From the NCBI GenBank assembly GCA_963702205.1, contig OY969724.1, positions 480,001-544,000 of the forward strand: a stretch of 64,000 nucleotides of DNA. The letters run 5' to 3'. Shown here in pieces: positions 51,583 through 61,574 of this stretch (within the stretch, counting starts at the first letter, position 1; each line of letters opens with the position of its first letter). Below the pieces are notes generated by a model that was not told the origin of the DNA, did not search any database, and worked only from the letters and a program-made list of their open reading frames with translations. The position numbers and the translations under genes were made by a program. This stretch comes from an uncultured candidate division Zixibacteria bacterium. Its GTDB lineage: Bacteria; Zixibacteria; MSB-5A5; GN15; PGXB01.

Positions 51583-51990
51583 GTAGGTCGGGTTCTGAAT
51601 CCCGTATAACGGGATGAAAAACCCGACATCTCCAATTAAGTCATTCTGCAAATGCCCCTTATAATGTCATTCCCGACTTGATCGGGAATCCATCTTGGTT
51701 TTCCTGGATCCCCGCTTTCGCGAGGATGACATTAATATGGCGGTAATCTTCGTACGGCAGGAACCATGTTTTAATTGTCGGGTTTCTCCCCGACTTCGTC
51801 GGGATCGGAACCCGACCTACCTGTGTCTCGCGGGTGTTGTGGATTGGCGGGTCCTCGGACCCGCCGCCAACCCGGTCCCGATTTATCGGAATCGGGCACA
51901 ACGCCGGGATGCAATCCGCCATAAGACAAAGTCTTTTTGTCGGGTTTCTCTTCCCGATAAATCGGGACGCAGGACCTGTCAGAACGAAAC
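51583..51990. repeat. REP-like palindrome cluster
   Basis: Same GTAG-, GTTC- and GTCATTCCC-type hairpins as at 48.9-49.5 kb and 20 kb. Confidence 0.8.
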
Positions 51991-52063
51991 CGCTCGCCCC
52001 GCCCGCAGCGATTGACAGCGGCGAATCCTATTGATATATTGCCTGCTTGCCGAAACAGGGTAT

Positions 52064-55037
52064 ATGCAAATGAACAACCGACCGGTCATAAATCTCAAAA
52101 ACTACGAAACTCGTTTCGCCCAGTTCGATTCGTTGATGCGGTTTCGTATCAAAAATATCCTGTTTGTAGCGTCCCTGTACGACGCCTATATCCTCGAAGA
52201 AGACGGACAGCTCGCCGAACTGGTCTCCAGCCGGTTTGTGGAGCTGAACCTGTCACTCGCGCCGCATGTCAAGCGCGTCACGACCGGCCTTGAGGCGCTT
52301 AATCTCCTGCGCGAGAACAGCTACGATCTGGTCATCGTCTTTCGAGGTCTGAGCGATATCGACCTGGCGTCGTTCGCCACCGAGAGCAAAAGAATCAATC
52401 CCGACATCCCCGTTGCACTGCTGGCTTTCCACGCCCGCGAACTGGAGGTGCTCGAACACGGCTTCCCGGTCGGGGCCATCGACAAAGCCTTCTTCTGGAC
52501 CGGTGACGTCAATATCGTGCTGACCATTGTCAAGCATTTCGAGGACAAGCGCAATGTGGACCACGACACCAAACTGCTCGGGGTCCGGGTGATAATTGTC
52601 ATCGAGGATTCGGTCCGATTTTATTCGGCCTACCTGCCGCTGATATATTCGGAAATCCTGTCTCAGACCCGGGCGCTGATGGCCGACGGTCTCAACCAGG
52701 CCGACAAAATTTTGCGTATGCGAGCCCGTCCCAAAATTCTCCTGGCCGATAATTTCGAGGAAGGCTGGGAGATGTTTTTGCGCTACAAGAAATTCCTGCT
52801 CGGCGTCATTTCCGACGTCCGCTATATCAGGAACGGCAAGCTCGACGATACGGCCGGGATGGCGTTCGCCAAGCTGGCCCGCCTGGAAGTGCCCGACCTC
52901 CCGATATTGCTGCAGTCCTCGGATCCCAAGTATAAAAATCTGGCGCAGACGGCCGGGACCGCCTTTTTAAATAAAAACGCCCCCAATCTTTTGGGGCGTC
53001 TTCGGGCTTTCATCAAAAACAATTTCGGGTTCGGGGCGTTCGTGTTTCGTATGCCCGACGGCGGCGAAGTGGGGCGCGCCGAGGATTTCTATGATATGGA
53101 GCAGGCGCTCCAGAAAATCCCCGCCGAATCGATTATCTATCACGCCAATCGCAACCATTTTTCGAACTGGCTTATGGCCCGCACCGAATTCGACCTCGCC
53201 GCCAGAATTCGGCCCCGCACGGTTTCCGAATTCAAGGGTGCCGAAGCCCTGCGCAATTTCCTGATCGAATCGTTCCGTGGTTTCCGCCGTGCCCAACAGG
53301 CGGGAATTGTCACCGATTTCCGCCGTGATCAGTTCGAAAACGATGCCGCTTTCCTGCGCATTGGCGAGGGATCGCTCGGGGGCAAGGGCCGCGGTCTGGC
53401 GTTTATCAACAGCCTGATGAGCCGTTACCAGGTTTTCGAGGCTTTCGAGGGCTTTCGCGTATCGGTCCCGCGTTCGACCGTGATCGCCACGTCGGTTTTC
53501 GATAACTTCATGGAGGCCAACGACCTGTATGATTTCGCGCTCGAAGACAACAGCGATGATGATATCGCCGCCGCCTTTTTGAAAGCCAAAATGCCGAAGG
53601 ATACGCTCGTCGATCTTAAAATATACCTGGAATCAACCAAGTATCCTCTGGCGGTGCGGTCGTCGTCGCTTCTCGAGGATTCGCACTATCAGCCGTTCGC
53701 CGGTATATTCATCACACACATGCTGCCGAACAATCATGACAATATCAAAATCCGGCTCAAGCGGCTCGAAGAAGCCATTAAGTACACGTACGCCTCGATC
53801 TATTTCCGCAATTCCAAAAATTACATAGAGACTACCGGCAACCGGGTCGAGGAAGAAAAAATGGCCGTGATTCTTCAAAAGGTCGTCGGGGCCGAACGCC
53901 ACGGAGCGTACTATCCCGTCTTCTCCGGCATCGCGCGGTCGTACAACTTCTACCCGGTCGGCAATATGAAGCCCGACGAGGGCGTCGCCTATATCGCCCT
54001 GGGGCTGGGTAAGACGGTGGTCGACGGCAGCAAATGCCTGCGTTTTTCACCATCGCGCCCGCACGTCCTGCCGCAGTTTGGCACGACCAAAGACATGCTG
54101 ACCAACTCGCAGAAGGATTTTTATGCCATCGACATGACCAAACCCGAAATGCACCCCGACGCCACCGGTGAAAGCAGCCTGATCAAACTCGAAATCTCCC
54201 ACGCCGAAAAAGACGGGACGCTGAAATATGTCGGGTCATCGGTACTCCCGCCAGAACGACCGGGTGTACGACGGCATTGGCCGGGCCGGGGCACGGATGG
54301 TGACCTTCGCACCGATACTCAAATCACGCAGCTATGCCATCGACGAAATCCTGCGTTTCCTTTTGCAGCTGGGCACCAGTGCCATGGCCTGCCCGGTGGA
54401 AATCGAGTTCGCCGCCGAGATGTCCGCCGAACACGGTAAGAAAAACAAATTTTCGTTCCTTCAGATACGCCCCATGGGCCTCGAAATGGCCCACGAGGAA
54501 ATCTCGCTGGAAAGCCTGCCCGACGAGCGCGTCATCTGCCGGTGCAATCAGTCGCTGTCGCACGGACGGATCAACGGTTTGCGCGACATAATCATGATCC
54601 GGCCGGACAAATTCGATCGCTCCAATATGGTCAAGATGGCCCGGCAGATCGGTAAGTACAATCAAAAGATGAAAGAATCCGGGCGACAGTACTTACTCAT
54701 CGGGCCCGGCCGCTGGGGTTCGGCCGACCACTGGCTGGGGATACCGGTCGTCTGGGCGGAAATCTCCGCGGCACGGGTGATCGTCGAGGCGGCCTATGGT
54801 GACTTTGTCGTGACGCCGTCGTATGGCACGCATTTCTTCCAGAATATAATATCGCTCAATACCGGCTATTTCACCGTCACGCAGACCTATCCGGAAAATT
54901 ACATCGATATGGACTGGCTTCTGGAGCAGCCGTACGAGGACCAGACCGGCGGCATCCGGCACATTGTCCTCGAAAAACCGCTGGATATCTATATCGACGG
55001 CCGCGACGGCAAAGCGGCGATTCTCAAATCGGCCTGA
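52064..55037 (+). CDS. Receiver-like + PEP/pyruvate-binding domain protein, split by a +1 frameshift at ~54242
   Basis: GSLGGKGRGLAF, AVRSSSLLED, EEKMAV, GLGKTVV, VEIEFA, FLQIRP and GPGRWGS motifs. Removing one G gives YVGSSYSRQNDRVYDG. Confidence 0.82.
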
Positions 55038-55119
55038 TATATCTCTATTGAAAACGTCGTATGTCTTTGCTATTGAATTCCCATTCGGGATTTATGTGCT
55101 GTCAGGAGCCCTTTTTCCC

Positions 55120-55300
55120 GCACTGTCAGGAACCCTTTCCTGACAGAAAGAAGCAATTCTTGTAGCTCACCCAACGGGTGAGTGAGTATGTTATGGCAAC
55201 CCAATTGGTTCGACAGCAAAAAGTAGGTCTGATTCCGAGTGAAGCGTAGGAAAAGTAGGTCGGGTTCCGAGTGGAGCGAAGCGTAACGAGAAACCCGACG
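55120..55300. repeat. REP-like palindrome cluster
   Basis: GTAGCTCACCCAACGGGTGAG, GTAGGTCGGGTT...AACCCGAC and TGTCAGGAA..TTCCTGACA hairpins. Confidence 0.7.
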
Positions 55301-55306
55301 GCTCTT

Positions 55307-56065
55307 TCAATCACCCGCAACATCGTTGACGGCATCTATGTACGCGCAATAATCGCAATGCGATGACGCCTCCGGAATGACAGCACTATTCAAACATTTA
55401 AATACATCCAAAATTACGCCTTCTATCCACCCATCATTTCCGGTGTACGGTATAAGCGTCAGATCGAATTCCAGCCTGGCGTCGAACGCGGCACTGTCAG
55501 CCTTACCATTGCAGTACAAAAAATACCCGATATCGGAAACATCAAAGCCGTTGTGTCTTAAAAGCCACTGATAGATTTCCATCTGGCGTTTGTACCCTGC
55601 GTGCCAGTCTTTATCGAGCGCCAATATTGCCTCGGATTTGGACGTGGACTTATAATCGACCACGATCAATTCACCGTCCGGATTCTGCCAGACGTCGTCG
55701 ATGGCCCCATGGATTAACAAATTTGTCGGCTCGTGGAGATACTGAACACCGGTGAAATTGTGCCGCCATTTATCGAGGTCGGGGTGGGCGTACGGGACAG
55801 CCTCGACACCGTACTGCTCCATCAGCGGATGGCGGGTTCCTCTGGCGCGATAGGAATCGAATTCGGTCTTGAGCAGACTATCGACCGCCGAATTCAGATT
55901 GAACGGAAACCCCGGCGGCCGCCCGACGCCAAGTTTGCGGTCGATGTAGAAACAGCGCGGACACTCGACAAACAGGTCGATTTTGGACCGACTCAGCTTA
56001 TACGGTTTCTCCTCTCCGCTCTTATACAAATTCCGCGTTCTCTGTGGGTTGTAGTAGTCTGACAT
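55307..56065 (-). CDS. Solo Cas4/AddB-like PD-(D/E)XK nuclease
   Basis: LSRSK...CPRCF, GAIDD, VDYKS, QMEIY and C-terminal CDYC motifs. Confidence 0.82.
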   Translation of the reverse strand: MSDYYNPQRTRNLYKSGEEKPYKLSRSKIDLFVECPRCFYIDRKLGVGRPPGFPFNLNSAVDSLLKTEFDSYRARGTRHPLMEQYGVEAVPYAHPDLDKWRHNFTGVQYLHEPTNLLIHGAIDDVWQNPDGELIVVDYKSTSKSEAILALDKDWHAGYKRQMEIYQWLLRHNGFDVSDIGYFLYCNGKADSAAFDARLEFDLTLIPYTGNDGWIEGVILDVFKCLNSAVIPEASSHCDYCAYIDAVNDVAGD

Positions 56066-56105
56066 ATTGGTTGCCTATAAATATAAACTTCAGCATCAAC
56101 ACTAA

Positions 56106-56665
56106 TTATGTGAGGAACAAATCAGGAGATTCTGATTTGATACGATTTAAAAAATATCTCATGGTTTCCGGCCATAATAAAGCTGCATTTGTTGGGCTGA
56201 CCGGAGGCGGTGTCCATTTCCCTGTAATATTGCCATTGTTTACTGAACCATTAATATATAAAAATTCATGAATTGGGGATTCTATATCATCATTCAGTAC
56301 ATTAAAGCGGGTTTCGTCGATTTGTGTATTGGGTTTGTCGACTACCAAGCCCTTCAAATAAAGTAAGATTGGTGTCCAGCTATTATGAGAATATCCCCAT
56401 ACATGGCTCAACTCATATAAAGAAAGATTTTCTTTCTTTTGCCTCGGTTTTAAATCTATAACAATGGCGCAATCAGGTTTTCCATATTGAATCAATTCTT
56501 TTCTCACATCGACATGCCATTTGCAAGGCTCATTAAGATCAATATTTTCCTGTTGTACCAATAATTTTGGGATTATTCCGAATTACACCCAAAAAGAGAT
56601 ACTTGCTCTTTTCTTAAATACTCAACACAATTGGATTCTCCGTGGTATTCATAAAGATAGTACAT
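56106..56665 (-). CDS. AT-rich hypothetical protein, probably split by a -1 frameshift at ~56578
   Basis: AAGGAGG followed by ATG at 56665 gives 30 aa (MYYLYEYHGES...). Adding one G joins it to ORF 56106-56561 as ..FGCNSGIIPKLLVQQ.. (186 aa). Confidence 0.55.
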
Positions 56666-56704
56666 TACCCGCCTCCTTTAAGAAATTCATCAGGAACACA
56701 ATAA

Positions 56705-56784
56705 CCCCGACCTTGTTGAAACTAACAATCGAAATATATGCTCATATACAGCCAATTCGCAACCCATAAATGCTCGCAAAGCGA
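56705..56784 (-). repeat. 80-bp promoter-like direct repeat, copy 1
   Basis: 74/80 identical to 57486-57565; 40 bp upstream of ATG 56665. Confidence 0.88.
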
Positions 56785-56862
56785 GGTGCCCCGCCCCTTC
56801 AGACGTGGGATATTTCCACTCCAAACAAGTTTGGAGTGGCCACCCGTCGCCGAAAGCCTGGA

Positions 56863-57429
56863 TTACTCTAACCCAAACCAACTCTTCAGAAATTTAAATT
56901 TACCTATCCTGTTTTTCTTTTTTGCTATATCACTCACTTCAAAATTATATTCATATAAATTATTACATTTATACTTCTTACCGCTGAGATCTTTGACTTC
57001 AGCCTTTATTGGGACTGCATATCTAACCCAAAGATCTTTAACATCCTTCGGAGTAAAATCACCGCCCCCCAATAGTTGATCAACGCTACCTGCGAAAATT
57101 TCAACCTCACAACTCGACCCAGGGTTTAATGGATAAGGGATTTGATCCATCCCAAGCCAATCTGTATCATACACTTGGATTTTGCGACCATTTCCTTCCA
57201 ATAAAAAACTATCTTTGTCAATAAGGATCGGTTTTCCTCCTATATTCGTCATTCGAAAAATTATCATAATTGAATCTGTATGTTCAAATATCGGCTCTGC
57301 ATCCTTGAATTTGGATTCATATGTGATCTCTAAGTGAATTGCTAGTTTTTTCCGCCTTTCCCATCTGGTCAAAACTAAAATGAAAATACTTAACGCAAAA
57401 CCTAAAATACCAATTATGTCTGCTGTCAT
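56863..57429 (-). CDS. AT-rich hypothetical protein with an N-terminal TM anchor
   Basis: GAGG RBS; MTADIIGILGFALSIFILVL hydrophobic start; beta-rich soluble domain. Confidence 0.68.
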   Translation of the reverse strand: MTADIIGILGFALSIFILVLTRWERRKKLAIHLEITYESKFKDAEPIFEHTDSIMIIFRMTNIGGKPILIDKDSFLLEGNGRKIQVYDTDWLGMDQIPYPLNPGSSCEVEIFAGSVDQLLGGGDFTPKDVKDLWVRYAVPIKAEVKDLSGKKYKCNNLYEYNFEVSDIAKKKNRIGKFKFLKSWFGLE

Positions 57430-57485
57430 TTGTACCTCAGAACTCTGAGTTGGCCACCCAAACCAATGCACATCATCTCGCGAAG

Positions 57486-57565
57486 CCCCGACCTTGTTGA
57501 ATTTAACAATCGAAATATATGCTGATATACGGCCGATGCGCAACCCATAAATGCTCGCAAAGCGA
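57486..57565 (-). repeat. 80-bp promoter-like direct repeat, copy 2
   Basis: TTGCGC-N18-TATATT within the repeat; 57 bp upstream of ATG 57429. Confidence 0.88.
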
Positions 57566-57949
57566 TGGTGATTCCGATCGTCTGTATAATATAGAGGCTA
57601 TAAGTATGACTATAATTAAAGCAATATACAGCCGTGACCGGGCGTTTTTCGATGAATCCCATCGGGTGACAATTTCGACTTTGTCGAAATCAACACCCGA
57701 CGGAACGAGTCATGTTTTCAAATTCGAACCCATTTTGCCGTAAGCCAGAGACTATAAACACCTTACAGGTTTTTGTGGATGCCTTAATCTACGATGCAAA
57801 TTAAACAACCTCGCAGTCAGGAGCGCCCTTCGCTACACTCAGGACCTTCGGCACGGCTCCTGACCTGCATGAAGAGTGCAAAAAGAAAAAGCGTCGGGAA
57901 GGGATTCCCGACGCCGCTTATTCTTACAATATACGAAAGATTTTAAATG

Positions 57950-58888
57950 CTAATTCCAGACCCCGAAAGCCGCGAGCAGAATTGAGTTCAGGACGTTCTT
58001 CGATGAATCGACCGCCGAGGCTGTCGCGATCGGGACCTTTGCACCCCAGAAAATCGCCCCGGCGTCGGCTTTGACAAATTGCACCATCGCCTTATAGAGA
58101 CCGTTGGCCGTCTCCAGATTCGGCGGCATGAAAATATCGGCCTCCCCCGCCACCGGCGAATTGGTGATCCCCTTGGAGTGAGCGACCTCGGTACTTATCG
58201 CCACGTCGAACGACAGCGGCCCGTCGACCACCACGCCCTTGATCTGCCCGCGGTCGGACATCTTGGCGATAGCGGCTTCCTCCATAGTTACAGGAATTGC
58301 CGGATATATCGCCTCAACCGCCGCCAGAAGCGCCGCACGGGGTTGGTCGATCCCGAATTTGGAAACGTACGATCCGGCTGTACCAAGGATATTAAGCTTT
58401 TTAGCCGCATTGGGCGCGGCGTTGACGGCACCGTCGGTCACGAACATCAACTTTTTGTATCTTGGAGTTTGCATGACACCGATGTGCACTATGGTATCCT
58501 TTTTCGAGGCCAGACCGTTATCGTTATAAATGTATGACACAAAATCGCGCGAGGCGATGTCACCTTTGAGCAGGATATCACACCCGCCCGAGCGCGCCAG
58601 TTCAAAAGCCTTGGACGCTGCTTCGGCGGCGGTAGTACAATCCATAACTTCAAAACCCACGTCGTTCAAGTCCGAGCCGAAGCTGTCTTCGGAGGCGTTG
58701 GCGATAAGAGCGTCTACTTTCGCTTTCGGTCCGAAAAAGATCGGCCTGACCAGCCCCATATCGACCGCCTCGACCACGGCATCGATGTACTTACGATCGG
58801 TCGGCCAGACAACGCCCAATTTGAGCAGGCCCTTTTTGGCGCTCTTTACCTGCCGGGTGAGGTCCGCGTATGATTTAATCGTCTCCAT
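57950..58888 (-). CDS. Phosphate acyltransferase (Ptb-like), copy B
   Basis: TDGAVN, AKMSDRGQI, DGPLSFD and ADIFMPPNLETAN motifs. Confidence 0.85.
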   Translation of the reverse strand: METIKSYADLTRQVKSAKKGLLKLGVVWPTDRKYIDAVVEAVDMGLVRPIFFGPKAKVDALIANASEDSFGSDLNDVGFEVMDCTTAAEAASKAFELARSGGCDILLKGDIASRDFVSYIYNDNGLASKKDTIVHIGVMQTPRYKKLMFVTDGAVNAAPNAAKKLNILGTAGSYVSKFGIDQPRAALLAAVEAIYPAIPVTMEEAAIAKMSDRGQIKGVVVDGPLSFDVAISTEVAHSKGITNSPVAGEADIFMPPNLETANGLYKAMVQFVKADAGAIFWGAKVPIATASAVDSSKNVLNSILLAAFGVWN

Positions 58889-58902
58889 GCTATATCTTCC
58901 CC

Positions 58903-59868
58903 CTACTGCCCGATTCCGCCGGTTTGTTCGTAGTACGCCGCCAGCAGACAGGCGATCGACACCGAGGCTTTTTTGTTGGTTATCGTATCGGTCCGCGATA
59001 CGAGGCTCACCGGCACCCGCGCCCCGACTATCACTCCGGCGAAGACGGCGTCGATAAAATTAATCAGCGCCTTGGCGATGATATTGCACTCTTCGATAGA
59101 GCTGACCAGATAAATATCGGCCTGGCCCGCCACCGGCCCGTCGATTTTTTTCTTCGCGGCGATCTCTTTGGACGTCGCGGCATCGAAAGTCAGCGGCCCC
59201 TGTATTTCGACGTCGGGGTAATTATTCGCCCGCATCTCTTTGACGAATGCAGCGGCTTCGACGGAGGCTGGGACATCGTCGTACACTTTATCGACCGCAC
59301 CGGAAACCGCGACTTTGACCGGCGATATCCCCAGCGCTTTGGAGACGTAAACGGCGTTTTCGAGAATCTGGCGCTTCTGATTGCGGCCCGGCTCGACCAC
59401 CATGCCGCCGTCGGTCATCGACAGGAGTTTATCGTAGCCGGGTATATCGAGCACGGCACAGTGCGAAATGGTGTTCTTGGTGCGCAGATTAAATTCTTTA
59501 GCCAGCACGGTCTTGAGAAGCGCCGAGGTCGACACAAAACCTTTCATGACGATATCGGCGCTGCCCTCGGCCGCCATCTTGACGGCGCCATAGGTCGCCT
59601 TAAGGCCGTCGGCTTCGTGAACCACGTCGAGTTTGGAGATATCTATGTTCTCTTTGGACGATATATCTTCGATTTTGCTTTTATCACCGAACAGAGTCGC
59701 ATTGAGAATACCGTCGGCGTTGGCCTGGGCCAGCGCGCTCATGACGGCACCGTCCTGCGCCCCCGCCACGGCGACCATTCGGCAGCGGTCCTCCGCGGCC
59801 AGCGCTTTGGCGGCCTCGATAATCTGCTCCGATGATTTAATCGGCTTGTTTGTGGTAGATACCGGCAT
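58903..59868 (-). CDS. ptb: Phosphate butyryltransferase-like, copy A
   Basis: VAVAGAQD, MKGFVST..LLKTVL, SHCAV, TDGGM and LVSRTD motifs. Confidence 0.85.
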   Translation of the reverse strand: MPVSTTNKPIKSSEQIIEAAKALAAEDRCRMVAVAGAQDGAVMSALAQANADGILNATLFGDKSKIEDISSKENIDISKLDVVHEADGLKATYGAVKMAAEGSADIVMKGFVSTSALLKTVLAKEFNLRTKNTISHCAVLDIPGYDKLLSMTDGGMVVEPGRNQKRQILENAVYVSKALGISPVKVAVSGAVDKVYDDVPASVEAAAFVKEMRANNYPDVEIQGPLTFDAATSKEIAAKKKIDGPVAGQADIYLVSSIEECNIIAKALINFIDAVFAGVIVGARVPVSLVSRTDTITNKKASVSIACLLAAYYEQTGGIGQ

Positions 59869-59879
59869 ATTTGTACCTT

Positions 59880-60947
59880 TTAATATTCTTTGGGTGTTTC
59901 GCGGCCGCTTAGAACCCGCCGCGCTCCAGCCGCGAGCGCCTCCATCTCGAACTCCCCGGGCACGACAACGATATCGCCCAGAAACGAAATGTACTCTTTG
60001 AGTGTACTTATCAACCGCGATGAATTGGCCATGCCGCCGGTCAGGACGACGGCATCGAAATTCCCCTTGAGTACCGCCGCGACCGAGCCGATCTCTTTGG
60101 CGATTTGGTACACCATGGCGTTATAGTACAGCCCGGCTTTTTCGTCGCCGCTTTCGATCATCTCCTCGACTTTACGCAGGTCGGCCTCGCCGAGATAGGC
60201 CTTGAGCCCAGCCTCGCGGGAAAGCTTCGTGGTCAATTCTTTCTCGGTATACTTACCACCGTACGCCAGCTTAACCAGCGCCCCGATCGGCAGCGCTCCG
60301 GCCCGATCGGGCGAGAACGGCCCCATACCGAGGAGGGCGTCGTTGACGTCGATTACTTTGCCGCCATCGAGCGCTGCGACTGACACGCCGCCGCCCATGT
60401 GCACCGCGATATAGCGGCACTGTTCGAGCGTCTTGCCTCGTTTTTCCGATTCCCGTCGGCAGACCTCTTTGATGTTCAAAGCGTGCGAGCGGCATTTACG
60501 CTCTATTTCGGGAAGACCCGATATGCGCGCCAGCAGCGTGAAATTATCTATGGTTATCGGGTCGACTATTACCGCCGGGACGTTATAGCGTCGTCCGAGA
60601 AAATCGGCAATGATGGCGCCGAGATTCGAGGCGTGGTTGCTGTAACGGGCGTTTTTGAGATCGTCGAGCAGCTTTTGATTGATGTTATAGACCCCGCCTT
60701 CGAGGGGTTTGACCGGTGCACCGCGCCCGGCTATGGCCACAACTTTTTTCTCACCGATCTTCTGGCTTTCCAACCACTGGTCGATCTGGGTCATGCGCAG
60801 CTCGAATTGCTCGGCGACGTTGTCGAATTTCGCGAGTTGATCCGACGGATGCGTGACATTTTCCTGGGCGATTTTTTCATTTCCCCGGAAAAGAGCGGTC
60901 TTGGTCGAGGTGGAACCGGGGTTGATTACTATGATGATTTCATCCAT
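59880..60947 (-). CDS. buk: Butyrate kinase
   Basis: INPGSTSTK, HASNLG, HALN, HMGGG, GPFSPDRAG and PGEFEMEALA motifs. Confidence 0.95.
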   Translation of the reverse strand: MDEIIIVINPGSTSTKTALFRGNEKIAQENVTHPSDQLAKFDNVAEQFELRMTQIDQWLESQKIGEKKVVAIAGRGAPVKPLEGGVYNINQKLLDDLKNARYSNHASNLGAIIADFLGRRYNVPAVIVDPITIDNFTLLARISGLPEIERKCRSHALNIKEVCRRESEKRGKTLEQCRYIAVHMGGGVSVAALDGGKVIDVNDALLGMGPFSPDRAGALPIGALVKLAYGGKYTEKELTTKLSREAGLKAYLGEADLRKVEEMIESGDEKAGLYYNAMVYQIAKEIGSVAAVLKGNFDAVVLTGGMANSSRLISTLKEYISFLGDIVVVPGEFEMEALAAGARRVLSGRETPKEY

Positions 60948-60966
60948 ACACCCGTCCCCTTACAGT

Positions 60967-61566
60967 TTAAACCGAGACTTTCGTCGCGGCCAGTTCCTGA
61001 CCCTTGGCGAAAGCGACCAGGTTTATATCCACGAATTTCGGTTTGACGCGCGCTTTGAAAGATTCCTGCCAAATGGCGTTGACGAACTCCAGCCGCGAAG
61101 AAATCACTCCGAGCAACAGCGTGTTGACCAGCCGGATATTGCCCAGCTCAAGGGCAATCTTGTCGGCATCGATGGCGATGACGTTCTTCATCTTCTGGCG
61201 CATAATCTCGACCGGATTATCCGGGTAAGAAACATCTTTGCCCATCGCACTGGGCGGGATAAGTCTTGTGGTCGAAGTCGCTATCAAACCGTCTTTTTTC
61301 ACCCAGTCCATAGCGCGCAAAGCCTCAGCCTGCTCGAAAGAAATCAGGATGTCGGCGCTGCCGTAGGGGATTATTGGTGAGTACACTTTCGGTCCATACT
61401 TGACGTGCGATGATACCACCCCGCCTCGCTGGGACATCCCGTGCACTTCGCTTTTCTTGGTGTCGTAACCGGCCTTCATGGCGACGTCGGAGAGAATTTC
61501 CGAAGCGAGAAGCACGCCCTGTCCGCCGACACCGACTATCAATATATTGGTCGTTTTATTTTCCAT
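60967..61566 (-). CDS. iorB: Indolepyruvate:ferredoxin oxidoreductase beta subunit
   Basis: VGVGGQG and SEVHGMSQRGGVV motifs. Confidence 0.93.
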   Translation of the reverse strand: MENKTTNILIVGVGGQGVLLASEILSDVAMKAGYDTKKSEVHGMSQRGGVVSSHVKYGPKVYSPIIPYGSADILISFEQAEALRAMDWVKKDGLIATSTTRLIPPSAMGKDVSYPDNPVEIMRQKMKNVIAIDADKIALELGNIRLVNTLLLGVISSRLEFVNAIWQESFKARVKPKFVDINLVAFAKGQELAATKVSV

Positions 61567-61574
61567 CGGTCACC

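Noticed and set aside
54228..54439. Programmed frameshifting at the split genes
   Set aside because: No slippery heptamer or homopolymer at the breaks; a single-base error explains each.
56705..57565. Integron attC sites
   Set aside because: No RYYYAAC/GTTRRRY inverted cores, the repeats sit 5' of genes, and there is no intI.
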